From assembly GCA_020137815.1 (NCBI GenBank), contig CM035357.1, forward strand, positions 3,906,001 to 3,970,000: a stretch of 64,000 nucleotides of DNA. The letters run 5' to 3'. The position numbers and the translations under genes are program-made. Positions 42,001 to 54,000 of the stretch are shown here, in pieces. The stretch is from Hormiphora californensis. Lineage: Eukaryota; Animalia; Ctenophora. The notes beneath the pieces are model-generated. The model searched no databases and was not told the origin of the DNA. It saw only the letters and a list, made by a program, of their open reading frames with translations. Every line of letters starts with the position of its first letter. The first letter of the stretch is position 1.

Positions 42001-45000
42001 CCTGTTGTGTTAAAAATGTTAAAGATAATTGTGTTAAATATTTTCGAGAGGAGAAAGAGCTCTCTGATGTGAGAAGGGAGAATTTAAACTCCTGTTCTGA
42101 TAAAGGTGTCAAAGAGAGTTATGATAAATGTTTTCGAGAGGAGAAAGAGTTCTCTTGTGATGTGAAAAGGGAGAGTTTAAACTCCTGTTGTGTTAAAAAT
42201 ATTAAAGATAATTGTGTTAAATATTTTCAAGAGGAGAAAGAGCTCTCTGGTGATGTGAAGAGGGAGAATTCAAGGTGCAATGAAGATGATCTTGAGAGTG
42301 TGTTAAATTTTCTCAAGAGGAGGTGCGTGGGAGATGTATACGAGAGTAGTTTTAATTTGACCCACACACACATGACGTACAACCACAAGGACATACACAA
42401 CAGACACACTGACGAGTTCCTGTCTGGTGATGAGATGACACAGCAAGAGAGGATGTTTTGTTATACTCCGGATAGGCGGAGGAGGAATTGTAATACTCTG
42501 GCTGAGCAGATTGAACACGTCCAGTTTGAACATCAGTCCTTCCTTGGATCTGAAAACTGGCAGTCAGAGAGTGATATGAATAGTTTCTATGCTGAACCAG
42601 ATATGGGTGATGAGTTGTTACCTGATCCAGCTCCATTTGATGCTGCTGTCACTGCACCAGCATCCCGGGTTGGTACCGTGGCCTCATTGGATGAGGATGA
42701 TAAGTATGTTTCTAAATTTCTTTCAGCTGTTTCTTTTCTGGTGAAGATTAAAAGGAAAATTAAAAGATGGAGAAAGAGGAGCCAGTGACTACTACTGACA
42801 CCTTACTATTTTGTTTTAGTTATTGTTTCTTTCTACTATTAATTATCGTGGTATATGATAGTTTTTGACAGACGATAACAACTCGTTTTTCGTATCAATA
42901 GTTTTCAATTATATATGTTAAATTTACTCTGTCATTTATTTTAGACTGATGACAGTGTATCTGATTCTGGGATGTTTATTTCTTTTCCCTTTCTCCAGTT
43001 CGCGTGTTTATGTCGAGGTCCGCATCCTTCAGCGTTCCCGGCGTATAGCGCGCGAGTTCTGGAAAAGGAAAAGGCCCTGAGTGTTAGTCGCCACTGCGAC
43101 AGATGCAGAGCGCCGCGCACACGAGTAGTGTGTGCGCGCCACGCAATTTATTTCTCAGTTTTGATTTGTGAAATATGTTTTCCAATAATGTTTTGTGATA
43201 ATCACTTCTTCCCGACACCAACAAGATTTGTTTCTCTTCTCTGTTTCCGGACCTTTAACATTTGGTGTCTAATTAGTAGTCAAATTGTTTTTAGTGGTCA
43301 AATCCTTAATTTAGGATTTTTTAGGTTTTTTAGGTTTTTTTTTGGCTTTAATGTGTTTTAGAAACGTCCTAGAACAAAATTAATACAAGCATCTTCTTTA
43401 GCGTGAAATTCTGCTCCGATTATAGTGGCTATAAACCTATCTATGATGTAAGGTGCAGGAGTTTTTTTTGCCCATTTTTGCCCATTTTGCCCAAAGTCCC
43501 ACGATTTTTGAAAATTCACTTTTGCCCATATGGGCAAATATGGGCAAATATGGGCAAAATAAAAGGTGACGCCCCCCCCCCCTTTCTATTATATCCGTTA
43601 ATTTTACAGTTCATTGGCCTCTACAAAAAGTTGTTCTAAATTGCTCAAAGATCATCAAAATCTAATGTATGAAACATGTTAGAAACATGTTATAATATTG
43701 TTATCCCCATTCAGGTCTGGAACGTGTACCTGTCTCCAAGGTGTAGCTGGGCCTCAGTGCAAGGAGTGTAACCCAGGTAAGAAACATCCCCCAAGCTTGG
43801 GTAGTCTCGATGAATATAACTTACCAAGGTTATGCATCGATACTACCTAAATTAACTAGCTAAATGAAACACATGTAGTCATGATACTACAGCTGTCAGA
43901 GCATTGGCCTGTGATCCCTGATTCTCGTTTCTTTGAGTGCAAGAATCGTGGTCAGACACTTGACTTACTTACTTGACAGTGATACTTACTTGACAGTGAT
44001 ACTACTAATACCCTCCCCCGGCGAATAGAAGCTGGTGTAACATGTCTCATTTTGGTAGTTGGGTGGTTCCCTTCGTGGGGTGACTCTGCTTTCCAACTAC
44101 CACAATAAATTACCTGCTCATTCTTCACTATTTGTAACATGTCTCAACTATATTTTGCAGGTTTCTACAACCTAGTCCCTGGGTTCGGGTGCTCTGAATG
44201 CGGGTGTAAGAGTGAGGGAAGTGCCTCCATCGCGTGTGATGGTAGGGGTGCATGTGAGTGCAAAGAGAACGTGGTTGGGAGCAAGTGCAATACTTGTGCT
44301 ATGGGATCATTTGGACTAACTGAGGAAAATCCTTCTGGTAAGATCTAGAATTCAAGCCATCTATATCGAAAATATTGTGTCCCTTACTGTCACAACTGAT
44401 TGAGAGATCACCGAAATGATTTCATTAAGATCATGAATATACATCCAGCTTAAAACCCTAATCCCCCTCCTCCAGGATGTGTGTCGTGTTTCTGTAGTGG
44501 GGTAACGGATCAGTGTGAAAAAGGGTCCGGATGGGCTATCAGAGAGAACAACATCAGGAGGAGATGGAGAGTTAATGACGGGGTTGAAGAACAAAGGTCA
44601 GTAGCCCAGGGAGACTTGGTTACGAAATAACCCCTCTCGCGCTGGCAAGGGAGGGGTTATTTTGTAACCAACAGGGAGACTGGACAGTTTCAAATTTCCC
44701 ACGGTCCTTTGTAAATCGCGCGCCCAAGACGTCAATGATTGAGGTTCATTAGCTTTCCGTCGCGGCGCGTTACGTCATTCACAGTTACACCAACGAACCG
44801 ATTATGAACCCCGTCACATGAAAGACTTTCATCGGCCCATTGCGGCTACGTGGGTGGAACTTTTGACAGATTTTTAGTATCATGAACATCACATGAACCA
44901 TAGTATTGACTCACTGACTCACTGACTTGTTTCCTGGGAAATATCACGACACCCCCTAACCACTACCCCCCTCTCATTAGGAATATCCACCCCTAACCAC

Positions 45001-48000
45001 TACCCCCTAACCACTACCCCCCCCCCCCCCTCATTAGGAACAAGGTCTTGCATCCTCTAACCACGCCGAACCCATCATTATAGGAACAAGATCTGGCTGG
45101 GCGCTGCCCGAGGATCTGAATTCGTATGGCAGAGGGACCACCTGGGTGACATTTACAACTCTTACACTCTCAACATGAAACTGACTCTCTCTGGAACAGA
45201 TGATTTGGAGGTATGATATTTGAATTCTTCTAGTTTTAAATTCTTCTAGATCAAATTTAACCTACATGATCTCTCTCCCCGGATCTCTTTTGCAGATGTC
45301 TCTCTCCGCTTCCTCAAGTATTTATATTATTTACAGGTGCTGATCCGTCTATACAGAGAGGAGAACTACTTAACGGGCTCACTTGTTCCCTCGACCTCAG
45401 ATGAGTTCTCTATCTACCTGCACGAGAGCTCTTTTGAAACTGATAGAGCGAGTTTCCGACATCTACTCAGGAACGTGACATTACTTGAGGTTACAACCAT
45501 TTACCCAACATCTGATCGACACGACCAGAAATTGAGAGGTAAAGATAATCTTGGCGTTGCTTGTACATGGTAAGGACTGGATAACTAGAACATCTAGATT
45601 CTAGATTCTAATGTTCGTTTGACAAGGGCGAACAGTTATAATGGAGTAATGGACTAAGTATATTATTAGTTATGTCACAGCTAAACGTTTTCTAAACCTC
45701 TCAACCCCACCCCTTTCTCGCTCTCTCTCTCTCTCTCTCTAAGAACTACCCCATACGACTCAAACTCTTTTGATCTACCCTACGTCACCCCCTCCCCCTC
45801 AAAATAACCACTGTGCTATGTCACCCCCCCCCTCAAAATTACCACTGCTCTCTCCCAGAGTTCATCGTTGAAGAGGTAGTCAGGGGATCCTCAGCAGGAA
45901 AATCCGCTGATCACGTGGAACAGTGCACGTGTCCAATAGGTTATACAGGTCACTCCTGTGCCACGTGCGATGATGGCTTTGCTCGTGTTGTTACCGGTTC
46001 CAAGGGACAGTTCAGGTAAATAAAAACTAGCTTTTTTTGAAAATCTCAAATCATATTATAATTTCGGGCGTGTATGACATCTCGATGCAGTAGACTTCTG
46101 TTTTAAATTCTAATCTTTCAAATTTTGACAGATTGTCAGTAGTTGATAAAGCAAATTATACATATTTTGAAATGCGTAACCAAATATCGTGAATTCAATA
46201 AAAATTAGATGGTTAGTTTGGAAAGTTGAATGACAATGCAAGCCCAATTTCCAAGTTACCATGACTACCCCTCAAGTTACCATGACTACCCCAATTCTAG
46301 GTGTGAGGCGTGTTCTGTGTTGTGTAACGGGCACAGTGACACATGTGACAGAGAAACTGGAGAATGTGAGGACTGTGGTGGAAATACTGACGGTCCCATG
46401 TGTAACAAGTGTATAGATGGTAAGTTGTAGGATTTTATTATTAAATCTGAAAACTTATATGACGAGACCGAAGGTCGAGTGTTATAAGAAGATCCGAGAC
46501 TGCACAGGTCGAGGCAGATTCTTTTAATTTAGTGCACGAGCCTGCGAGTGCCACTAAGTGTAACTACCTCACGACCCTGCGAGTGATGTAGTTTAACTTT
46601 TTGACCGAGCCTGCGTGTCACTATTTGACACATGATGTCCTCTACACAGGTTTCTACTCGGTGGAAGAGGGAGGTGATTGTCAGTCGTGTCCCTGTTCCC
46701 AGAATACTGCCTCTCCAACCTGCACTGTATCTTCAGGTATAATATTTGAACTCTTGGAAAACGTAACTCTTTTACATTATATTTACATTATACACGGTGC
46801 ACCAGAAGGATCGTCAACCCAAAGTTGAGCCCGCAAAACAAACTTTTGTTGGGGGTGACCCAGGAGGCCTTCCTGAACATCCCCACGGTGAGAAAAGTAT
46901 ATGTTATCGGGTGAAATTTTTGTTAAAATTGAAAAAACTGGTTTTTGGTCCAAATTTGTGCATAACTTACTTGACTGCCGTTTGATGAAATATCTGATTG
47001 ACATAAAATAAGTATACAATACCTATTTTTGCACGAGGAATCGATTGCCGGTGGAGAGAAATCTCTAAAATGACCGAAAAATTGTCAAATATGGGAATTT
47101 TGTCATTTTTTTTGAGGTTTTTGGCCCTTTAACCATTGAAAACGTTGAGATAGGAAGTTGGCAATAGCGCCAATCGTTAAAATGGTCATTTTTCTACGGG
47201 ATCCCAAAATTTCATGTATATCCGATTTATGGTTAGATTTTGGCAAACTATTAAGATGTGCTTACTGAAAAAAGGATAACTTGATTTTCTCGTTTTTTGC
47301 GATTTTTTAACTTTTGACATAATTCTGATTGAAATGGCCAATCAGAGCCATGCTAAAGTTGTTTATGGGACAATTTTCGACCAAAATCCGAGATTTCATG
47401 CAAATCCGATGACAGATCATTGATTTATAGAAAGTTAAAAAAGGCAAAAAAGGCCAATTTTTACCATGAAAATAAAAATTCGCATTTTTTCTTGTCAATT
47501 TCCATCAACAACTGGTACCCTACCTATTTTTTCCCTGCCCGGGTGAATGCCGAAGGCATTCACCCGGATGCCTTTTTACTTTGTAAAAAGGCATAGCAGG
47601 GTTAGAATTCGAAAACGACATTTTGGTATACTAACTAATCGGTAGAGGGACCATTTTGGTCACACTTTTGTTGCGAGGGCAACGGTGTAGCAACTAAAGC
47701 CGCGCACACAGTTACGAGCTGCTCCTTCATAAACCACTTCATTGGCACGTTTTCAGGAAATGTGTGGCGCGCAATGTGGCGGCGTGGCGCGCAATTTAGT
47801 GCTACTAAAACACAAGGATTTGCTCTATACTGTTTGTGTGATATATAGATGATCGGGATTTTGTGTCCCGCTTGCTGCTACAGCGGATCTAGTCATGATT
47901 CCTTTCTTCATAGATTCACATGGCAGGGAAATTCAGCATTATGTTAGAACATAATGCAAATAATTCTTGTTGCACGTAGAATCGATTGCCAGTGGAGTGG

Positions 48001-51000
48001 ATCCTCTTAAATGATTGGAAAGCGGTCGAAATGCCATTTTTTGGAGGTTTTTGGGCCTAAGGTGAGATATATAAAATGGCATTTCGACCGTTTTCCAATC
48101 ATTTAAGAGGATCCACTCCACTGGCAATCGATTCTACGTGCAAAAATAGGTAGGGTACCAGTTGTTGATGGAAATTGACAAGAAAAAATGCGAATTTTTA
48201 TTTTCATGGTAAAAATTGGCCTTTTTTTGCCTTTTTCAACTTTCTATAAATCAATGATTTGTCATTGGATTTTCATGAAATCTTGGATTTTGGTCGAAAA
48301 TTGTCCCATAAACAACTTTAGCATGGCCCTGATTGGCCATTTCAATCAGAATTATGTCAAAAGTTAAAAAATCGCTAGAATTCCGTCACGTGCGGCCACT
48401 GTCATTCAAAAAATTAATTATTTTCCAGAGAAACAAATGACACGAAATTTAGGAGTTATAAAAGTAGTTCGGACAGTAACATTTAAAGTTCAAACTTCAA
48501 TTTATAGGTACATATGGATTTATGCTAAAAAAATGCAAATACACAAAACTAAAAACGGAGTCAGTACCGATACTTATACTAATTTTATATTACTCGATTA
48601 TATGCCATATATGGACATTTATTTGATATCTAAATATATTTAGATATCAAATGAATATCCATATATGGCATACATATATGTACAGTCGGACCCCGATTTA
48701 GGGACCCCCGATTTAGGGACACCCCGATTTAGGGACAGGATTTTTTTCCCCCAAAAATGTTTGAATTTTTTTGGGAAATTTTTTGTGAAATTTTTCAAAA
48801 AGATTCCAGCCATGTCCGAATCGTGTTTCGAATCGGTGCATCTTATCGCATGTCCTTCTGCTAATTAGACGGTTCGGAACGAACCGATACGTGATCCCCA
48901 TGGTGCCCATCGAATCACAAGTTCACCAAGGTCCAAGCGTCAAAATTTCGATTCGATGGGGATCACGTTTCGATTCGTTCCGTCTAATTAGCAGCAGGAC
49001 ATGCGATAAGATGCACCGATTCGAAACACGATTCGGACGTGGCTGGTATACCATTAAAAAATTTTATAACTTTTTTGCAAAATTTTACAGTATGATTGTC
49101 AATGCTTTGATCGGTGCCCCCCATAAATTTTGAGAGAAAAAGTTATTTTGAAATTTTTTATACTTCCTCACCCGCTTAGGGTGCCCCGATTCGGTATGGT
49201 ATCACGTATCGGTTCGTTTTGAACCCGCTAATTAGACAGGATATCCAGTAAGTTGCACCGATTCGAAATACAAACCGGACGGGCTGGTATAACTTGGAAA
49301 ATTTTCCACATTTTTTTGAAAAAGAATTATTTTATATTTTTCTTTTTCTAATCAGAAATGATCATGTCATCAATACATGAATATTGCATATAACAGTTAG
49401 AGGTGTCTTTAGTCTTAATAATATAGCATTTTGGGCAATAAAATAGGTTTTTTTGGGTCAAATATGGCTCACCCCGATTTAGTGGACACCCCGATTTAGT
49501 GGACAAGACCCTTTCCCCCGAGGGTGTCCCTAAATCGGGGTCCGACTGTATATTGTTTTAGTTTATTTCGTTGATCACGATTTCAGCTTAAGAATAATAA
49601 TAACAAAGATACTTATGGAGCGCCCTTGCCTCATAGGGTTAGGGTTAGCTACCCTGGCCCTCATGGTGATCTGACAGCTCTATAAGGTTACTACTGTAGT
49701 ACGCAAGTTAGAAATAACTCAAACAGATCAAGTACTATAGTCTTTTTCCATGGTCATAGCTCCATATGCGCATTTTGAGATAAGAATATTTTAACGATTA
49801 GATATTTCGACCCTATGACCATGGGAAAAGATTTGACCTTCAAGTATTATGTTGGTTAGGTTTCATTTCACACAATTATCAACTAGCTCTAGAATTAACA
49901 GTGCTGCTTGTAGTCGTATTACCGTAATGGAAATACAGTAATGAGACGCGCACGTTGCATAACGCGTGGCAAAAAGTGTATGTGTTCAGCACGTACTAGC
50001 GCCCTGATTGGCCACGGTTGCGCGTCGTCTTACTGTATCTCCGTTTTCCATTACCGTTTTCCCACTACAAGCGACCGTGTGAGTGTCTTATATTCAAGTA
50101 AGTGTCGTTAATTCACACATGCATTACTGCTATTTACTGGCTTGATGTGAGGATTATGAGGTCGAGTCAGATCATGATCTGATACTGATCTGATACTGAT
50201 CTGATATTGATCTGATATTGATCTGATATTGATCTGATATTGATCTGATATTGATCTGATATTGATCTGATATTGATCGATCAATACCCCGGTCCCTTCT
50301 CTTGTTGAGTCCACAACTCTCAACAACTTTCTCCCTAATCTCCGGCCTCTCACTCTGATACCACGGGAGGGTATGTTCCTGCAACGTCCACCTGATTCGA
50401 ATACACATTGCCTCCAGTAGCTGTATCAGGAGGTGGGTAGGCGCCTCCAGCTGTTACATCAGGAGGAGGTGGGTAGGAGCCAGGTGGGTAAGCAGCGCCT
50501 TCTTGGGGCGGTGGGTAAGTACCGGGAGGGTAGGCGGCGGGTGGTGGATACGCAGCCCCTTCGGGTGGAGGGTAGGCGGCACCGGCGGGTGGTGGATACG
50601 CAGAACCTCCTGCCTGGGGTGGATATTGCGTGTAATCAGGAGGTGGCTGGTTTGCGGGATAAGCCCCAGGCGGCGGTGGGTAGCTACCATTTCCATCTGC
50701 ATTTGCATAAAGGTTATCACTAGCAGCCGCATGATCAGGATCCATCTTCTTCTCGTCTTTCATTTCAATGTTTTCAGCTGGAGTTGGATTTACAACCACA
50801 ACATGATTGTCGTTATCGTTGGATTCATTGCATTTCTTGCAACAGCAGTATAGTATAATGAGGGCGAATATTCCACCAACTACACACCCGATAATGATCG
50901 CTGTTTTTTCCGAAACACCTGAAATTAGTGAAAATTAGTGTAATATTTAGTGTTAATTATTGTAATGGAGTGAAAATTAGTTAATATTAGTGTTAATTAT

Positions 51001-54000
51001 GTGGAAATATAACAATAAATCACAAATCAAACAAAATTGACAATATCCATACCTGATCCTGAAGTTGAGCTAGAAGTCCTTCGTCTGCTGCTGTAATCAA
51101 CGGTTCTTCTTCTCGTAGTTGTTGTAGTCCTACGTCGTGAAGCGGCACACAAACATACGAGTAGGATAAGGAGAAGACACAGGGTCCGTTTCATGTTTAC
51201 TAGTTATAGATTGAGTGTTTATTATTACACTTTCCTTTTGAGTTATTTAATACTATAAAATGTAAAAGATACAAAAAGCTTACTGTACTAATATACTAAC
51301 TATAAGTAAGTAACTTCGGCAGGAAACAGTACAATGAAAATCTATAGCTAATACAGCTGTAGCCTGCAGTACATCTAACAGTAATTATAGAGGGAGGCAC
51401 TCAACAAAGATACCACTACTGCAACAAAACGCAAAGGGAGAGAGAGAGCGGGCATAACATTAACATGTATAATAGCACAATAGAAAGAGAAAACTCTAAA
51501 CAGAGAGAGGGGGACTGGGGAGGAGTTCGAGAAACTAAGTGAAAGAGATCACAATAGGAAAAGTTTGAAACTTTTCAACACTACTTTAAACAAATTAATT
51601 TGAGCTGATGATGACGTTAAACGTCGAAACCGTCCCGTATTATCTTTCCTGAAATAAATCTCCGAGTCGTCTACAGTCCTAAATAAACACTATATCATTG
51701 TATAGCAGATATAGAGTTCCTCTTCACACGCAAAACAACACGCAGCTTTCAACACTACTCCATAACGCGATCACGTACACTAGAATTCCTTCACGTGCGG
51801 TCACTGCCATCCAACTAATGCTAAACACTCGACTCTCAATACACACGAGTGAGCTGCTTATACAATCCTTATAATGAGTAGAAATGGCCAACAGTTCTAT
51901 TGGACACTAGTTCTATTTATCGTACCATTCTTTCCCCTCACTTCAATAGCACAAGACATAGCAAGGAAAGGGTGGGTAGTATCCACTGGACACCGCTACG
52001 AACCGGACTAAAGAGTTACACATGAATTCCTTTCACCTCCTCGTGATGAAATCTCCCTCTTGTGGGTAGTGTACGGGAAAGGAGAGGTAGCCCGTTGCCA
52101 ACAGTTACACAAACAATACAATTATACAATGGAAAGAACGTGGACAACTATTTATCCATATACCATTCTTATTATAAGTATAACCAGAAAACCCGTTTAT
52201 TTACAGCGCCCGTTCTCTCAAATGCCCACTCCCCTAGCCCAAGAGCACTGTCCTTCCGCTGTACTTATCTGCACGTGCAGTATAAACCAACCCGCCCCTA
52301 ACAACCTCTTCAATTTGCACGTGCACAAACGGTTGCTAGCGACATTTCCAAATTATAATAGAGACTAGAAAGCCCGTTGAAGTAGAGCACCCGTTGACCC
52401 GAATCCCCACGCTCTCCCTCACCCACAATCACCCCTCTCACCCGCTGCACCAACCCGCACGTGCAGCATTCAATCACCCGCTGCGTAGGGGATATGGCAC
52501 CTCCTTGGCAACCCCCCTCTATTTGCACGTGTGGATAGGTCATCATCCTCACCACGCCACTCATTTGCATGATTTGTCATTGGATTTGCATGAAATCTTG
52601 GATTTTGGTCGAAAATTGTCCCATAAACAACTTTAGCATGGCCCTGATTGGCCATTTCAATCAGAATTATGTCAAAAGTTAAAAAATCGCAAAAAACGAG
52701 AAAATCAAGTTATCCTTTTTTCAGTAAGCACATCTCAATAGTTTGCCAAAATCTAACCATAAATCGGATATACATGAAATTTTGGGATCCCGTAGAAAAA
52801 TGACCATTTTAACGATTGGCGCTATTGCCAACTTCCTATCTCAACGTTTTCAATGGTTAAAGGGCCAAAAACCTCAAAAAAAATGACAAAATTCCCATAT
52901 TTGACCATTTTTCGGTCATTTTAGAGATTTCTCTCCAGCGGCAATCAATTTGTCAATCAGATATTTCATCAAACGGCAGTCAAGTAAGTTATGCACAAAT
53001 TTGGACCAAAAACCAGTTTTTTCAATTTTAACAAAAATTTCACCCGATAACATATACTTTTCTCACCGTGGGGATGTTCAGGAAGGCCTCCTGGGTCACC
53101 CCCAACAAAAGTTTGTTTTGCGGGCTCAACTTTGGGTTGACGATCCTTCTGGTGCACCGTGTATATTTACCCGATATGTAACCCTATTATAACCCTATAA
53201 TATATCTTTTTCTCAATGTGACCCCATCTTTTTCTCGATACTTTCTGGAAACGTGACCCATGATCCCTCTCTCTCCAGGTGGCAACTACCCAATCTGTGA
53301 CTCATGTGAGGAGGGGTACACGGGTGCCAACTGTATGGATTGCTCCCCCGGGTACTGGGGTAAGGATGGACAGTGTACTGCATGTACCTGCTCAGACAAC
53401 ATCGACCTCTCCGACCCGTACAGCTGCAACAAACAGGATGGTGTCTGCCAGAATTGTATGTACAATACAGCAGGGAGACAATGTGAGAGATGCAAGGAGG
53501 GTTACTATGGTAACGCACTCCAATCAGATCTCCCCAAGTGTAGGGAGTGCGGGTGTGATGAGGCTGGGAGTGTGAGGAGTATCTGCGATGACGTCACTGG
53601 TTTCTGTGAGTGCCTCCCTCACGTCAGTGGGAGCAAGTGTGATAAGTGTGTGGCTGGATATTGGAATCTCACCTCCGGAGGGGAGGGATGTGTGGGGTGT
53701 GAGTGTGATATGAGGGGAGCAGCGGGGACAGAGTGTGATATGATCACTGGTCAGTGTGATTGTAAGGCTGGTATATTCGGGTTGAGGTGTGATGAGTGCA
53801 AGCCTGGTTTCTATCACACCAACTCACCCAACTCCTTGGAGTTGGAGTGCCAGGATTGTAGGTGTAACCCCTCTGGGTCCACCTCTCTCCAATGTGATAG
53901 TGACGGACAGTGCCCGTGTAACCCCGGTGTAACCGGTATGCAGTGCGACACCTGTTCTAGAGGTACCACCGGTACCTTCCCGGAGTGTGAACCTTGTGGT

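Larger units (their letters stand above)
37203..43260 (+). mobile_element. Non-autonomous LTR retrotransposon
   Basis: Direct LTRs at 37203-37375 and 43082-43260 (TGTT...AACA), 5-bp TSD TTTGG on both sides, PBS TGGTAGCAGG at 37377, and a purine tract GGAAAAGGAAAAGG before the 3' LTR. No gag/pol recognisable. Confidence 0.9.
37001..43582. mobile_element. Poly-G/poly-C-ended TIR MITE (MULE-like) hosting the LTR element
   Basis: GGGG...GGCGTCACCTTTT and AAAAGGTGACGCCCC...; TTTCTATT duplicated on both sides; internal TGGGCAAAAA iterations. Confidence 0.75.
46793..53161. mobile_element. Tc1/mariner-type long-TIR non-autonomous element carrying a gene cargo
   Basis: TA|CACGGTGCACCAGAAGG...CCTTCTGGTGCACCGTG|TA with ~600-730-bp inverted arms. 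The cargo (48376-52568) sits within the right arm. Confidence 0.82.

Noticed and set aside
48376-48408. 33-bp match to 51781-51813 as evidence of a circular intermediate
   Set aside because: It lies at the cargo breakpoint but is short, has several mismatches and does not extend; not enough to support a model.
53398-53480. Gamma1-type nidogen-binding loop
   Set aside because: It reads [10 protein letters not shown], not NIDPNAV, which is closer to the beta-chain counterpart although YNTAG is present.
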